A stretch of DNA of 64,000 nt, from positions 24,926,001-24,990,000 of the forward strand of contig NC_087252.1 of NCBI RefSeq assembly GCF_037042905.1. Reading direction: 5' to 3'. The translations under genes were made by a program, and so were the position numbers. The notes below the pieces were generated by a model. The model worked only from the letters and a program-made list of their open reading frames with translations, searched no databases and had not been told where the DNA came from. Shown here piece after piece: positions 1-15,100 of this stretch. The stretch is from Lytechinus pictus. Taxonomy: Eukaryota. Positions within the stretch are counted from its first letter, which is position 1. Each line of letters begins with the position of its first letter.

Positions 1-11
1 GTTGTGTGCAG

Positions 12-137
12 GAGAGTGCACCAGTGACCAATTTGAATGTGGAAATGGCAAATGCATACCGGAGTACTTTGTATGTAATTATCTTCCTGAATGCCAAGAT
101 TTCGAAGATGAGACTGGATGTGGTCAAGGAGAGAAAG
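12..137 (+). CDS. Exon 1 (in window), LDLa
   Basis: cag|GA...AAAG|gtaggc; [41 protein letters not shown]; 126 nt, phase 1-1. Confidence 0.9.
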
Positions 138-3100
138 GTAGGCCTAGCCGCATACACCATTAGCGTACACAGGATTTTTGAAAGGGAGGGGGGGGGGGGG
201 TTAATGCGTGCCGACTGAAAAGTTGACTAGCAGAAAGAAAAATGCTCTTCACTAAAAAGTTGAGGTTGTTTCGTACCCCCAAAAAAAATCTTTAAAAGGT
301 CTGTACAAAAAAGGTTGATTATATTAAAGGGGAATGAAACCTTCGGAACAAGTGGGCTTCTGTCGAAACAGAAAAATAAAAAAATAAGAACAAAGAAAGT
401 TTGAGAAAAATAGGACTAATAATGAGAAAGTTATGAGCATTTGAATATTGCAATCACTAATGCTAATGAGATCCTCCTATTGGCAATGCGACAAGGATGT
501 GTGATGTCACATGTGAACAACTTTCCCTTTGATGGACTATAAAATACCCCCAAAATGTATCTTTTTGCTTTTTCTAATGGTGATACAAACTCTTTATACA
601 TGATGTATTCTTTTAAAATCTGTATTACATTCCCTCCTTTATAGAAAGAACACATGATCTACCGATAGATGTGATAAAAGAGGCAGTTTAAGTGAAATAT
701 ATACTTAAGTAATGGGGAGAGTTGTTCACAAGTGACATCACACGTATTAGTCGCATTGCCAATGTGATGATCTCCATAGCATTAGTGATCGCAATATTCA
801 AATGCTCATAACTTTCTCATTATTTGTCCGATTTTTCTCAAACTTTCGTTGATCTGTTTCTTAGATTTTTTCTGCTTTCTAACAAGCTATCTTGTTCCAA
901 AGGTTTCATTCTCCTTTAACGTATTTGCGTTGAGCCAATCAGAATATGTGGATTTCAGTAGCCATTATGACAGTCGTTGGTGAAAACTAACAAAGCATGG
1001 AGCTATTAAAAGTCAGCGTTAGAATTGTGTTACAATATCCTTGGACTCTCAAACACTATATACTCAAATTTTAATAGCTATATCTTATAATATGAGTTTT
1101 ATAAGTTTTTTTCATAAAGAATCTTGAGAAATAGATTAAATCTGTTCACGTTGATAAGAAATGTGTCAATGGACATCCTTTGATCTGATATTTATTAAGT
1201 GCCCCTTTGAGAAAGTCACCATCTCGATTAAATTGGATTAGATTATTTTTGAGCTATAGTCTTTTCAGGCTTTAAAGGATATGGTCCAGGCTGAAAATAT
1301 TTATACCTAAATAAATTGAGCCTTTCACAAAGCACAATACTGAAAATCTCATCAAAATCGGATAACAAATAATAAATTAATGGAATTTCAAAGTTTATCA
1401 ATATTTTCTTTAAACAGTCATATGCACATCGTCATGAATATTTATTAGGTGGGCTGATGATGTCACATCCCCACTTTCCTTTTGCTTATGTTATTACATC
1501 AAATCATAATTGTTTCATTTATTTCATACATGTGTAAATGATGTGTCTCCATTATGATGAAATAGGTTGTGGCAATATGTAACTAATGCACTTAATCAGT
1601 TGTCAATCCAATTATTTTAGTTCTTGGTAGCTAGAACATTTTTTAATAAACCTAATTTCATATAATAAAATACATTGAAAGAGCAAGTGGGATATGACAT
1701 CATCTGCCCACCTAATGAATATTCATGAAGACATGCCTAGAACTCAAGGTTTCACTGGAATAATGCACATCTTTAAAATTCAAGAACTTCTTTATTTGTT
1801 ATCCGATTTTGATGAAATTTTCAGCATTTTAATTGAATTAAGCTAATTGTCATTCAATGTCCTATACCGAGGGAAAAGCCGGGGCCAATAAGAATTCCTT
1901 TCCTCCAACTTTTGCCCGCCCCCTCGCTATACGCACCTGTGTAACTTTAGGCCTACATTCCCATCCCCGCCCCAAAAGTGAGGCATCGATCGTCCCATTC
2001 CCCACCCAATAAACCATGCACCCCTAGCCCTATCCCCCCCCCCCCCCCCCCGCGATTTGGGGATTTTCCCTGCCTTTCTAATTATGCCACGCACGGTATA
2101 CGGTGTCGCGCGATTTCCTGGCCAGATTTGGTATGCTTTTGATCCCTTTTTGTTAAGCGTTAGTCTCGTATTTTTGAGTCAGTAATCGTTTTAAATACTG
2201 CACTGGTTGGCATGCCCACTGGTTCTGCAAGCTCGCTTTTACTGAGTTATTTCGTGCTTAAATCTTGATAAAAAAAGGTGTTTAATTACTGTCCTCGGCC
2301 AGCCGTACAATACATTGACCGAAAACAGCACAAACCCAGTCTGATCCATCGGGGCAGCTGCGGCGGCGTCGCTGGGCCTGTGGTGTGTGTCGAGTTCTGC
2401 CAGCTGCGCCTGGTCTTTCCCGGTCCGGTATAGGTTGTAGAGGATTTAAACTAGTTGGTAATGTAATTATTACAGGAGTTAGGAAGGAATGGCAAATAAA
2501 ATAAAGAGAAGTGCAAGAGAGAGATTGGTACAAAGAGACAGAGAGCATGGGGAGGATCGAGTTGTTGAAGGTTTTATTTTTTATCCTATTGTCGCAAGAC
2601 GTAGACAGTCCAATTGCAATGGAACTGTTTAGTGTTGGTGTCATTGTCAACGCGGCAGAGCCTGAAGCTTATTTGGTCTACGTGACAGTGTACTTTATAA
2701 CCCTCCTACCTAGTCTTAGGCCTCTATCATGCCTAACAATTAGGCCTAATTACAAATAGTGTTAGCATCTGCACTCGCCTGCATTTTACCAAAGCCGACT
2801 CCTTCATTTTGTTTCATTTTATATAAAAAGGGAAATTTCATTATTTTTTTTTAGTTAGGAGAGTTAGGTGACTTGAAAATAAAATCCGAGCAGCCAATTT
2901 GAAAAATTAATTTCCTTGTCAATTTTGTTTAAGAAATTGGTCAGTCAGCCATTTTGAAAGAAAAAAAAGGGCATCCCTTTTTTTTTAAATGGCAGGATGC
3001 TAAAGATTTTTATTTTTTTACTTTGCCTAACACATTTATTTTGTTTGTCTTTACAGTAAACATCACCCTTGTTCAAGGGACACCGATGCTCGTCCAGAAC

Positions 3101-6100
3101 CCGTCATATCCCAACCCGTACCCCGCTCTTGAGAACCGTTACTGGGCTATCACCACCGAGGACCCTGATCTCATCATAGGATATACTTTCATCGATATCG
3201 AACTGAGACTAGGAGCCGTTTTGAACTTTGAAAACGGAACGGATGTGAGTCACCCCGTGAACGATTTGGCGAGTTATAATTACCGCTTCCAACCAGAAGG
3301 TTTCTTTGCTCTACAAACCAATGCGGCGTTTATGTTCTTCTATCCCGGACGGTACCCGGGAGGGCGTGGCTTCCAAATTGAACTCAATGCTATTGAACCG
3401 TCCAGTAAGTATTGTTGGTCTAGTAGTTAAAGGAGAATGAAACTCTTGGAGCAAGTTAGCTTTTGTGAAAGCAGAAAAATCAAAGAATAAGATCAACAAA
3501 AGTTTGAGTAAAATAGGACTAGCAATAGAAGAGTTATGAGCATTTGAATGTCGAGATCACTAATGCTATGGAGATCCTCCCATTGGCAATGCGACCAAGA
3601 TCTATGATGTCACAGATGAACAACTCTCCCCTTTTAGACACTGAAAATATACCCCAAAACATCTCTTTTTGCTCATTCTAATCATATGACAAACGATTCA
3701 TCAATGATGTAATGTTGTGAAACCTCTGTACTTGTCCTCTCAGAAAGAGAACACCTCACCTTGTGATAGACTCTATAAAAGTGAGAATATAAGTGAAATA
3801 AGTACTAAAGTAATGAGGGAGTTGTACCGGTACGTGTGTGACATCACAGATCTTGGTCGCATTGCCAATGGGAGGATCTACATGGCATTAGTGATCTCAA
3901 TATTCAAATGCTCATAACTTTCTTATTATTCATTCAATCTCCTTCAAACTTTCAACAATATGTTTCTTTGATTTTTCTCTTTGATATGGATTCAGCTGGT
4001 TTCAAGGGTTTCATTCTCCTTTAATGTTCTTATGCATACCATGGCCTGTGCTCTAGTAGAATGTAACTTAGCTGCGCTTTGATAAACCTGGGCTCCGTAG
4101 CACAAAGTTTAGCGATTAATCGTCCACTTGATTTTTATGCTTGATTGTACATTGCAGTCAATGCAATCAATCGTAAAAAAATGTTCCACGATCATTGCCA
4201 AGCTTTGTTTCATGGGCCCCGGATCTTAAATTATTAGAAGCTGATATTGTCAAAGTTTTATTTACAATCTATCTTATATGCTTATTTTGTTCTCTTCCCA
4301 TTCTTTAGTTGTGAAGAAACTTATTTGAATTTGCTAAATTCCCACACAGTTCTGGATGATTTGAGTTTCAGACGAGCTTCAATCATTCTCATACGTCTGG
4401 GTTTTTTGTAAACAAAAGTTCTTTGAACTTGATATTGGTAAAGAAAACCTGAACTGGGAGACGTTTGCGTCATAATTGGTTCTCTTTTAACCACAACTTA
4501 AGACCAAAGTATAAACCCAAGTGGAGAATATGGGCCCATGTATTCAATTCTGAATTTTATTCAGTAACCTTATGAATCCATTTGATTAATTTGACTTCAA
4601 TTTTCCTGAATGTTTACCACAACTACCTTCTTCAAAAGCAGTTGAAAAGGTAAATAACTTGACTAACTGGTGCATACAGAGTGAGGTAAAATAAGAATAA
4701 AATAATTGGGAAATGAACCAACCTGTAGAAAGTTTAAAAAAACTTCTAAATGTCAGGTGTCCAAACAGCAAGCTAGATACAGATATAAATCTTGAATATA
4801 ATTTTTGTACAGGGATACTTGAAATATGTTTTGTTATTTGTATGTCAAAATGTACAAAACAAACTGGAATTGTTGAAAATAGAAATAAACGAAATGAAAT
4901 AAATGACACATTAACTGTCCATATATATCTGAATGTGTATTTACACTTGATTCCTTCAATAGCTTTCACACCAGCACCATGCGTAGATGGACAATTCCAA
5001 TGCGCCAGCGATGGAGAGTGTATTCCCAGCTACTGGCAGTGTGATTATATTGTTGATTGCGCAGATGAAACAGACGAGGATGTCCAGGTTTGCGCCAATC
5101 TGCCGGCTCCAGGTATGTATGGTGATGATGATGAGGAGAAGAATGGTGCTGGTGGTGGTGGTGGTTTTGAAGATGATGATGTCAACTGTGTATATAGGTG
5201 TTGTACTAACTGATTATGATGGGAATGATAACCTTGTAAATGATAGTGATAATCATGATCATGATAGTGGTGTTGGTGCTCTTGATTGTGATGGTGATGA
5301 TGATGGTGATGATGATGATGATTATGATTAATGATGATGATGGTGAGGATGATGATGATGATGGTGGTGTTGATGCTTTTGATTGTGATGATGATGGTGA
5401 TGATGATGATTATGATTAATGATGATGATGATGGTGATGATGATGGCAGTGATGGTGATGATGAGGATGATGATCATGATGATGATTTTGATGATGATGA
5501 TGACAGTAATGATGATGAGGATGATTGATGATGATGATGGCGATGATGATGACGATAATGATGATGATTATGATGATGATAATGACGGCAATGATCATGA
5601 TTATAATTGGTGATGATAATGATAGTGATGATGATGGCAATGAAGGTGATGATGGTTATGATGATGATGACGGTAATGATGATGATTGATGATGATGATG
5701 GCAATGATGGTCATGATGGTTATGATGATGATGATGATGATGATGATGATTATGATGATGATGATGATGATGATGATAATGATGACGGTAGGGGGGAGGG
5801 AGGGGAGAGAAGAAAGAAAGAAGTGGATTGGTAAAGAGAATCTGGAGAGCGATCATAAAGGGATCTGAACACAACATACCCTAATTTATTTTGGTGTTTG
5901 GGGGCGATTCCACTCTAGAACTTCAAAAATATCATAAATTTCAACATGCTTTCAATAAGTCATAAGTAGTGTAATATTTTACTATGATACCTAAATTTTA
6001 TGAAAATTATGAGTTTTAACCAAAAGTGAAGTCAGATATAGCTTTTTTGGGGGGAACAATGGAATTTTCAATTTTCAATAATTTTGCTAATTAAATAGTC

Positions 6101-9100
6101 AAGTACAAACACTGCCTGAAACAATTATTGGCAAAGCACGAGAAGATTGAAAATATTGCAGGTCAATGGAATAATGTATCATTGATGGTTCCAAATAATA
6201 TCTACAACATTTTCATGATCCATAATAGGGGCAGCCCTGATTTTTCCGAACCTATTTTTGGCAATGTCCCGTACGACACATGAAAATGTAAAAGTTTTTC
6301 CTACAATTTTATTTTTGATGATGCAATTTCACAATATCAGTTTCTCTTTCTTTGACCCATGGGTGATCGATTTATCCCATAAGGATCTAATTACTGCCCT
6401 TCATTTTTCAATAATTGTCCTATTAAAAGTTGTCCCGTACGACACACACTGTGTCGTACAGGACATGTCCCGGGACGTGTCCCGTACGACACACAACATA
6501 TAATGCATTTAATTGCAGGATTTGGATTCAGAAACTATAAATAGTAGGCCTATTTTAATTCAAGTCATTGATTTGACATAAAGTGAACTTAAAAAACACT
6601 TTTTTACCTCCATAGAACATGAAATAGGTGATTCTAACCATTTTAATTGATTTCATGTAGGCGTATTCCTTTGTGAATCCCTTCAGCTAAACTGGTGATT
6701 TTCACTGGTCAGAGCAGGTTAATTCCTTTGTCATTGAACATGAAAAGAAAATTGATTCACCCTAGCCTATCTATTTGGACTTCCCTTGATGATCACTAAT
6801 TTTTTTATATACAGTATTGAAACTCCTTACTTTTTTCAAGTTGTAAAAAAAAATCTGGAAAATAAGACAAACCATATGGTTTCATGAATTGCAGAAAGGT
6901 TTGAAAAAGTAGAACCGCATTTCTTTATAAAAAATATTTTGTGGAATTACAAGTGACAGTTGTGACATATATCACGTAGATATACATTTTATATGAAAAA
7001 TGATTACCGGTACATTTTAGCCCCATAATTTACACAAACAGTTTCATTCATTCATTGTTTAAATAGTGTATTGGAAATCATCAATTAATTCACTAAAATA
7101 TAACTTCACACAAAACCTCAAGTTTTTCTGCTCGTAAACATGCTGTGAATGAACCATTGTACATTTCCCATCATGAAAAAAAATGATAACATTTTGCTCC
7201 CGATTGTATATATTGAGGTTCCTTAATTATATTGTCCTGAATGACTACTTATTAAAAGACTTTTCATTAAAAAGGAAGAATTTAGGGGCAATGCTCCCCT
7301 TCTGATTGATAAAAAGTTCATTGTTTTATTCAGGCTGCCCAGTACAACATGCAAGTGCCTGTACAACACACAAGTGTCCCGTACGACACACAAGTGTTCC
7401 GTACGACACACAAGTGTCCCGTACGACACATTATTTTGTTTATGATATATTGACAGAAATATTCAGCCAATAGCAGTTCCTAACATAATGAATGTCTTTA
7501 GTTTGATAGGATTATCATTATCATCAGCCAAATAAAATGATTGAAGAAGTCACAGAGACATAAAGTAAGAATGTTTGGCTTCAATTTAGAGATGTCCCGT
7601 ACGACACACTTTGAGTGTCCTGTATGCCACAATGTTCTTAAAAATTGTAATTTGCTTTATTTATTCATGAATGTTTATTTTGCTTTCTTTCATAGATGTG
7701 TTTGTTCTTGGGTAATTGAATATCAATTTGAGTTCAGTTTCTATGAAAATTATCAGTCCAACTCACAGACTTTAGAGTAAAAACTTGAGGTTTCTAAAAA
7801 AGCCACTTTTTCTGCGTCCGTACAACACATTACTATTTTAAATCTGTATTATACAGGATGTGAATTAAAGTCATGTTAAGTCTTGGTTTTTCTAACACTC
7901 TGGTAGTACTTGATGATCACATTTAGTTACTGGAATTCTTTTTTTTTCTTGTAAAAAAACTGTCAAATGTTCTCTAAATGTCCCGTACGACACGTATGGA
8001 ATCACCCTAATGATGATGATTATGATTGACTGATGATGATGATGTTGATGGCAATGATGATGATGATGAAGGTGATACAGATGTCGTTGATGATGATAGT
8101 GATTAGGCTAATGTAATGATGTTGGGGATGAGAAGGACAATCATTGGTGATGGTGATCATAACCATTTGTATGATGGACAAGGTACTTATAATACGAATG
8201 ATGTTGATAATATTGATGATAATCATTTATGAAATGGAGACGTTAAAGAGACAAAATACGAAACTGTATTATTATTTCCCTTTCTCAGGAGAGTGTGTGG
8301 AAGGCAACCACCAGTACCAATGTGATGACGGTTCATGCATCCACAATTCCTGGAAATGTGATTGGTATGAAGATTGCCCCGGAGGAGAGGATGAGTTATA
8401 CTGTGAGTTCTTTTAAAGTTTATTTCTCTCCCATCATGGGTGATGATAATCTTCACCTTCTAAGTTCTCTGCACAAGTAGAAGTTGCGTCGTGTGGTAGA
8501 AGGAATCCATAAATATTATGATTCATCCCGTAATCTCGAATATATTATATATAAGTTTATCAGTTATGAATCTTGTACGGGAAGTGGTAAAAATTGTGTG
8601 GTTAAAGGACAAGTCCACCCCGATAAAAAGTTGATTTGAATTAAAGGAGAAAAATCCAACAAACATAACACTGAAAATTTCATCAAAATCGGATGTAAAA
8701 TAAGAAAGTTATGACATTTTAAAGTTTCGCTTTATTTCACAAAACAGTTATATGCACATCCTGGTCGGTATGCAAATGAAGAGACTGATGACATCACCCA
8801 CTCACTATTTCTTTTGTACATGTATTTTATATATGAAATATTCTAATTTTCCAATCATTGTCAAGTGAAACAATGATTAACTCATCCCTGAATATTTCGA
8901 ATTAGCATTATTTAATAATATATGGTTCAGTCAAGTTGGTCCCTATTGTCAAATCTGTAAAAAATGAAATATTGTATAATTCAAACAATAAAAAACAAAA
9001 GAAATAGTGAGTGATGGACATCATCGACCGACTCATCTGCATGTCACTGAGTTGTGCATATCACTGTTTTGTGAAAAATAAGGGAAACTTTAAAATGCCA

Positions 9101-12100
9101 TAATTTTCTTATTCTACATCCGATTTTGATGAAATTTTCAGCATTCTGCTAGTTTGATTTTTCTCTATTTATTCAAATCAACATTTTTCTGGGGTGGACT
9201 TGACCTTTAAAGGATTCACAGGATGGATTTCTGACATGAAGGCTGCATTGATGGCCCCCATATGATATGATAATATAAATGAGGATGATGATATTCATGA
9301 TAATGGTGTTGATAATGATGATGATGTTGATGTTGATAATGATGATGATGATCATCATCATATTGATGATGATGTTCATCGTTTATTTCTCCTGTGTCAA
9401 TTCCAAAGAATTATTTCACTACCCTAGGCCCTGCATCAAAGGCTTACTTAATGGATAATACCATTGATTTAAATGACTGATTGCCCACAAAAAAATGCAA
9501 ATATATTCATGAAAATCATTGATAACAGTTATGTGTAACAGGGCCCAAATTCCTTCTCTTTCAGGCGACTGTGACCAAAGTAATTCATTTCAATGTGTAC
9601 CCACCGACAGGTGCATTCCAGACTTTTGGGTCTGTAACTGGTTCTTTGACTGTGAAAACGGAGCAGATGAAACAGTATGTGGAGGGCCAGACTCTACAGG
9701 TATGTATAGGATTGGTAAACTGCCAATTAGTCCACATCCTCATTGTTTCCATTCCATTTGGTAGCGCACGACACTGGCAATGGTCCGACGGTCCCAGACC
9801 AGTAAAAACTGCCGACGGGCCAGTAACTTTGAAAGACATAGCCAGATTTACTGGTCCGATACGACCAGTAAAAAATATATTAAACTGATACAAATGATAT
9901 TTTCTCCTCTTTTGTAAATTATATAAATGGCTCTGGCATCTAGAAAAAATGGCTCCCCAAAATTGAGAAATAGTTCTCATGAATTACATGTATGTGTGTG
10001 TACTGTTTGTTTGCGTGCTTTTATTTTGGGGATGGGGCAATAAAATCAATAAAAGAAAGCAAATTAACTTAAGTCTATTTTTATGTTTTTCTTTATTTTG
10101 GGGGACCAGTAAATTTCAGGTTTGGACCTGTAAGATGTGAAAAAAACTGGGTATCTACTGGTCCCAATGAACATTTTGGACCAGTAGAAAAAAAGAGTTA
10201 GTGTGGACTGTGGAGCCCTGCATTTGGTCGAATTGCCATTTATCAATATCATTTTTTTTCCAAATTCCAGTTAGGCTTTACCCCTTTCGTCTAATATCTA
10301 GTTTGTTGAACACCTTTTAGTCTATATGGTTAAGCCTAGCTTTAATAGCAGGGTGATGTAAGATTGCTTTGAGCACCTAACTGGATATGTGCACTGTTTC
10401 AATAGTTCCATGATATTTGCTCTGGCAACAATTGCTCTGCTGTAAATTCTACACCATGGCTCGACATGAGCAGTGGCTCGGGCAACCAAAAATGAGAATT
10501 GGGCCACCAAAATTCTTTAAAAGCCAACACTTGGTGGCCCGGTTTGGCTACCTAAGTTTTGATAAATTGTAATGTTTTCTATTGTTTCAGGCCACTAAAT
10601 TTGCTTTGCGGGCCACCAAAATTGTAAAACTGGTGATTTTGGTGGACCGATCGGGCCACCGAGCAATAATGTTAGTGTGTAGCCTTGTCTACACACTAAT
10701 TGAATGACAAACTTCAACCCTAGGTTTAACACTATAGCCTACACTAAACCTAAGATAAAACCCTATTGCAACCCTAACCATACATCTTAGAGGAAACAAA
10801 GCCCTGAGCAGTTTTTGCCGGAGCAAATGTTGCATCACCATATCAATACCCTTTATTATCATTGTTTACGTACAGATGCAAGGTTTTTAAGCCCTGGGGA
10901 GTCTTTTAACTTTACTTCGCCCAACTATCCAAATGAATACGGTGCCAATGTGTACTATCTTTACACCTTCGAGACCAGTCAAAGCTATCAAATTCAGGTA
11001 AGAGTTCAAGTTATTATAGAGATCCATTGGCTCAGTTTTTTTAAAGGGTTAAAATCCCCTCCGGAGGGGGGGGGGGGGGGACGCTCATCAACATTTGCCA
11101 TCTGAATACCTCTCAGATTGTAAAATTATGATATTGGCTGCCAATATGTCCTTGTTTTTGATTTGGTGATTGATCCGTGGCATGTTTAATATAATAATAA
11201 CACTCAATATTTATAACATGCTTTTTCCCACATGGCCCAAAGCGCTCACAATTTCAGTTAAACTTATTTATGCAAACAAAAAATCAGAGTGACATTAAAT
11301 GAAGACAGTCGCCTAGAACAAAACAGTTTTAAGGGACTTCTTAAATGACTCAATTGTTGGGGATTGTCTTATTGTGAGAGGGAGTTTGTTCCATTCCATT
11401 GAGGATGCAACGGTGAATGTTCTATCTCCGGTCTGTTTTCGTTTAGTTGGATATGTTAATTTAAGTGGGTGTTCAGAGGATCTAGTTCTTATTAATATTG
11501 TGTATATCGAGAAAAAAAATGCACCCATGACGAAAAAAAATTGTGCAGACACTTCAAGGTAGCTGTGACTGAAAAGTCATGATTGAATTTCTCTGCTAGG
11601 GGCAATAATTTATGGAATAATGGCCTTATCATGGCAAAATGTATCTTGGAATAAATTGGAATGGTGATTCCAGTCATTTTTACCTTTTGTCTTTTTTAAC
11701 GACTGTATGATTATTTTCTGTTGCAGTTTTTCAGGGTTTCCTCTTTACCACGTGCATGCATGTATCAGAGACACAATCAACAATGAGCACCTTATGGCTC
11801 TTTTTGTTATAAAGTTAAACCAATATTAGCCAGAGCTTACAACCTATTTGGATTCTGCATACAGATCGATGTCTATCAATTTTCCACTGCCCTCGGAGGG
11901 TTCACAACTATTGGCGATGGGCTCGATCCAACCAATCACAACTCTGCTCTTGCCTATCTGAACCACTATACCCAAGTCCCAACCTCTTCAACAATAAGAG
12001 TTACGTCGACTTCGTATACACTCTGGCTGGAGATTCACGGAGGCCCGTATGGATTTGATGTGTTGTATGCATCGGCAACCTCGATACCGCTTAGTAAGTA

Positions 12101-15100
12101 ATTGTTTTAAAAGGATGGTCCGGGCTGAAAATATTCATATCTATATAAATAGAGTAAAATTCCCAGAGCAAAATGCTGAAAATTTTTCCAAATCGGATAA
12201 CAAATAATGAAGTTATTGAATTTTAAAGTTTATCAATATTTTGTGAAAACAGTCGTATGCACATCGTCATGAATATTCATTAGGTGGGCTGATGATGTCA
12301 CATCCCCACTTTCCTTTTCCTTATGTTATTACATGAAATCATAAATGTTTCATTATTTCATACATGTGTAAATGATGCGTCTCCATTATGATGAAATAAG
12401 TTGCAGCAGTAAATAATAATGCACTCAATCAGTTGTTTTAGTTCTTGGTAGAAAAATGTTGAATAAACCTAATTTCATATAATAAAATACAAAAAAACAA
12501 GTGGGATATGACATCATCAGCCCACCTAATGAATATTCATAAAGACATGTCTAGAACGGTTTCACCGGAATAATGCAAATCTTAAAAATTCAATAACTTT
12601 GTTATTTGTTATCCGATTTTGATCAAATTTTCAGCATTTTGCTTTGTGAATTTTACTCTATTTATTGAGATATAAATATCTTCAGCCTGGACCATCCCTT
12701 TAAGAGCTGATAAAATTCAATTGACTCATTCATTCATATACCAATTTATTCAGGAAGGTATTTTTGTATTAGTATGACATGTCTTGACAGCTTCATCTAT
12801 CTACACTGTATAACGGGGTGCAAGCCAGTGTTTTTCTGGACGAGAATGAAGGTAGGCTAGAGTCCTTGAAAAAGCCAAAGAGATCCTGACCAATGAGAAC
12901 CATGCTCTCCATAAATATTATAATTTGATGAGGTCAGGCAAACGTCTGAGATCACTTCCGGGCAGAACCTCACGCTTTGTAAATTCTCTTGTTCCTGTTT
13001 CAATCCATACATTTAATAGCCATACTTAAAATGGTATCCCCCCTTGATCCTGCCTTTATTTCAATTTCACTATCTTTGTTTGTTGATTTGCATAAATTAA
13101 TATTATTATTATTATTGTTATTATTATTATCATTATTATGATTATTATTATTATCATTGTTGTTGTTGTTATTTACATTATGTCTTGTGTTTTTATTTCC
13201 TATAGCTTGTGAAGCGGACGAGTACATATGCCCTGGGTACTGCATTCCTGGTGATTTTGAGTGTGATTTCTGGCATGACTGTCTCAACGGAGAGGACGAG
13301 ATGGGATGTGGTCATGAAGAAAGGATCAATGGTAAGTCTACAGGGAGGGGTGTTTCAAGAAGATTTAAGTTAGAGTCACATTTAAATGCTTACGCATTTA
13401 AGCTAGACAACACACAACCTTATTGATTAATACGTAGTCGTGCACATCCTTTTGGCATGATCTGACCAATATGGTCATGAGCTTTATACCGCACGCAACT
13501 AGGAATTTAAGTGAAACACTAAGGCATAGTTAAATCTTTGTGAAACACACCCCTCCCACTTCCTTTTATATTCACTTTTTCCACAAGCAGTTGGTGTGCT
13601 TCTCAGACATCATACTACAACATGGGCTATCCGCATTTGTACAACGCCTACTTAGCTTGTTGTACACAAGCAAATGGGAGGCTGAATGTCAAACATTTGT
13701 ACCGTTGCACACAATACGTACCATCCAAAATGTACCATTGCACAGCTTTAGGAGGTGACGTCACACAATTTAATTCATTGCGCTTAGCCTGCTGGCTAAA
13801 TGCGCAATGCTGCCCAAGGTCATGTGCGCTTATGGGATTTTGCTTTTCGCTTTCAATTTTTTTGCTCCCTTTTCATAGATTACTGCAGGGAAAAACTCTT
13901 GTTTTTGTCATATTTTAATTCCGAGGCGTTGTACAACACAAATAGCAAATATTCTTATTCATGCAATGGTGAAAGAAAGAGACGCTCTATTCAACTCAGC
14001 TAACGCCTCGTTGAATAGAGCGTCTTTCTTTCACCTCATGCGAAATCTCGCACCATCGCACTCATGTCTATTCGCTATTTGTATATTGGCTACCCATAAT
14101 TAAACCAGGGTCCCATAACACAAAGGTTAGCAATTATCGTACGCTTGATTTTTTACGATTGATAGTACATTGTAGCCAATGGAATCAGTCGTAGAAAAAT
14201 GTTCTACGATCATTACTAAGCTTTGTGTTCCGGGCCCGTATTTTAAATCAAACGCAAGTTCAGTATACGGCCCAGCGAGTGCACATACATGTACAATCCA
14301 GAAATACTCTTCATGGAAGTGCAAAGATGTATGAGATACATGTACGTATGATTATGGAAATGTATTGAAATTGATGAAATCATTGGTTCTCTCCTCTTTT
14401 TTGACATTCCAGAATACACCCTCGACCTGGACAGTTCTCAGGTATTTACGTCACCGAACTACTCCTCCCCTTACGTGGGCGACCACGGGCTGTACTACTG
14501 GTCGTTCGATGGATCGGCCGTGGAAGGCGATTACATCATCCGGTTCACCTTCCACCCCTACAACATCAGTGCTTCGTCGTACGTCGCCTTCGGGAGCGGC
14601 CTGGACTTCACCAACCAAAGCTCTTTCTACGCCGTGTATGGAGGACAGGATGACCTTGACCTTCATCATCATTACTCCGCGGAGAACCAGGTGTGGGTGG
14701 AGTTCTACGTGGGCGGGGAAAGCACTTCCTACCCCGGTTTCTCTGCTACGGCTGAACTCATTTTTCGTTCGGGTAAGTTCAGTCGAATAGAGAAATTATC
14801 CTTTTTTGAATATCTGCTACTGTAACAGCTGAGTCTTATTTCTTATCAAGGTAAGAAAAAATAAAGGAAATGTTATTAACATTACCTATGTTGATTTAAT
14901 CAAAAAGGTATTTTGCAATGAATTTACTGCAAATCGTAGGATTATGACTTAGTAGAAGGCAGCAAATACTATCTCTTGATAATCCAATCTTAATTGTAAT
15001 CTACATAAAAATGGTATCAAATTATTTTCGAGGAGATACTCTTACAAGATTTGTGTTGGTGACATTTTTTTTTTCATAAAATAGTAGTAGTATTAGAAGT

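Noticed and set aside
13540..14003. ORFs shared with 36176-36638, suggesting a duplicated small gene
   Set aside because: The similarity holds in several frames and on both strands, which indicates a non-coding interspersed repeat.
14365..14790. Alternative-frame and antisense ORFs over CUB exons (also 22723-23073, 27066-27407, 33009-33461, 42605-42877)
   Set aside because: These are shadow ORFs of GC-richer coding exons, with no recognisable motifs.
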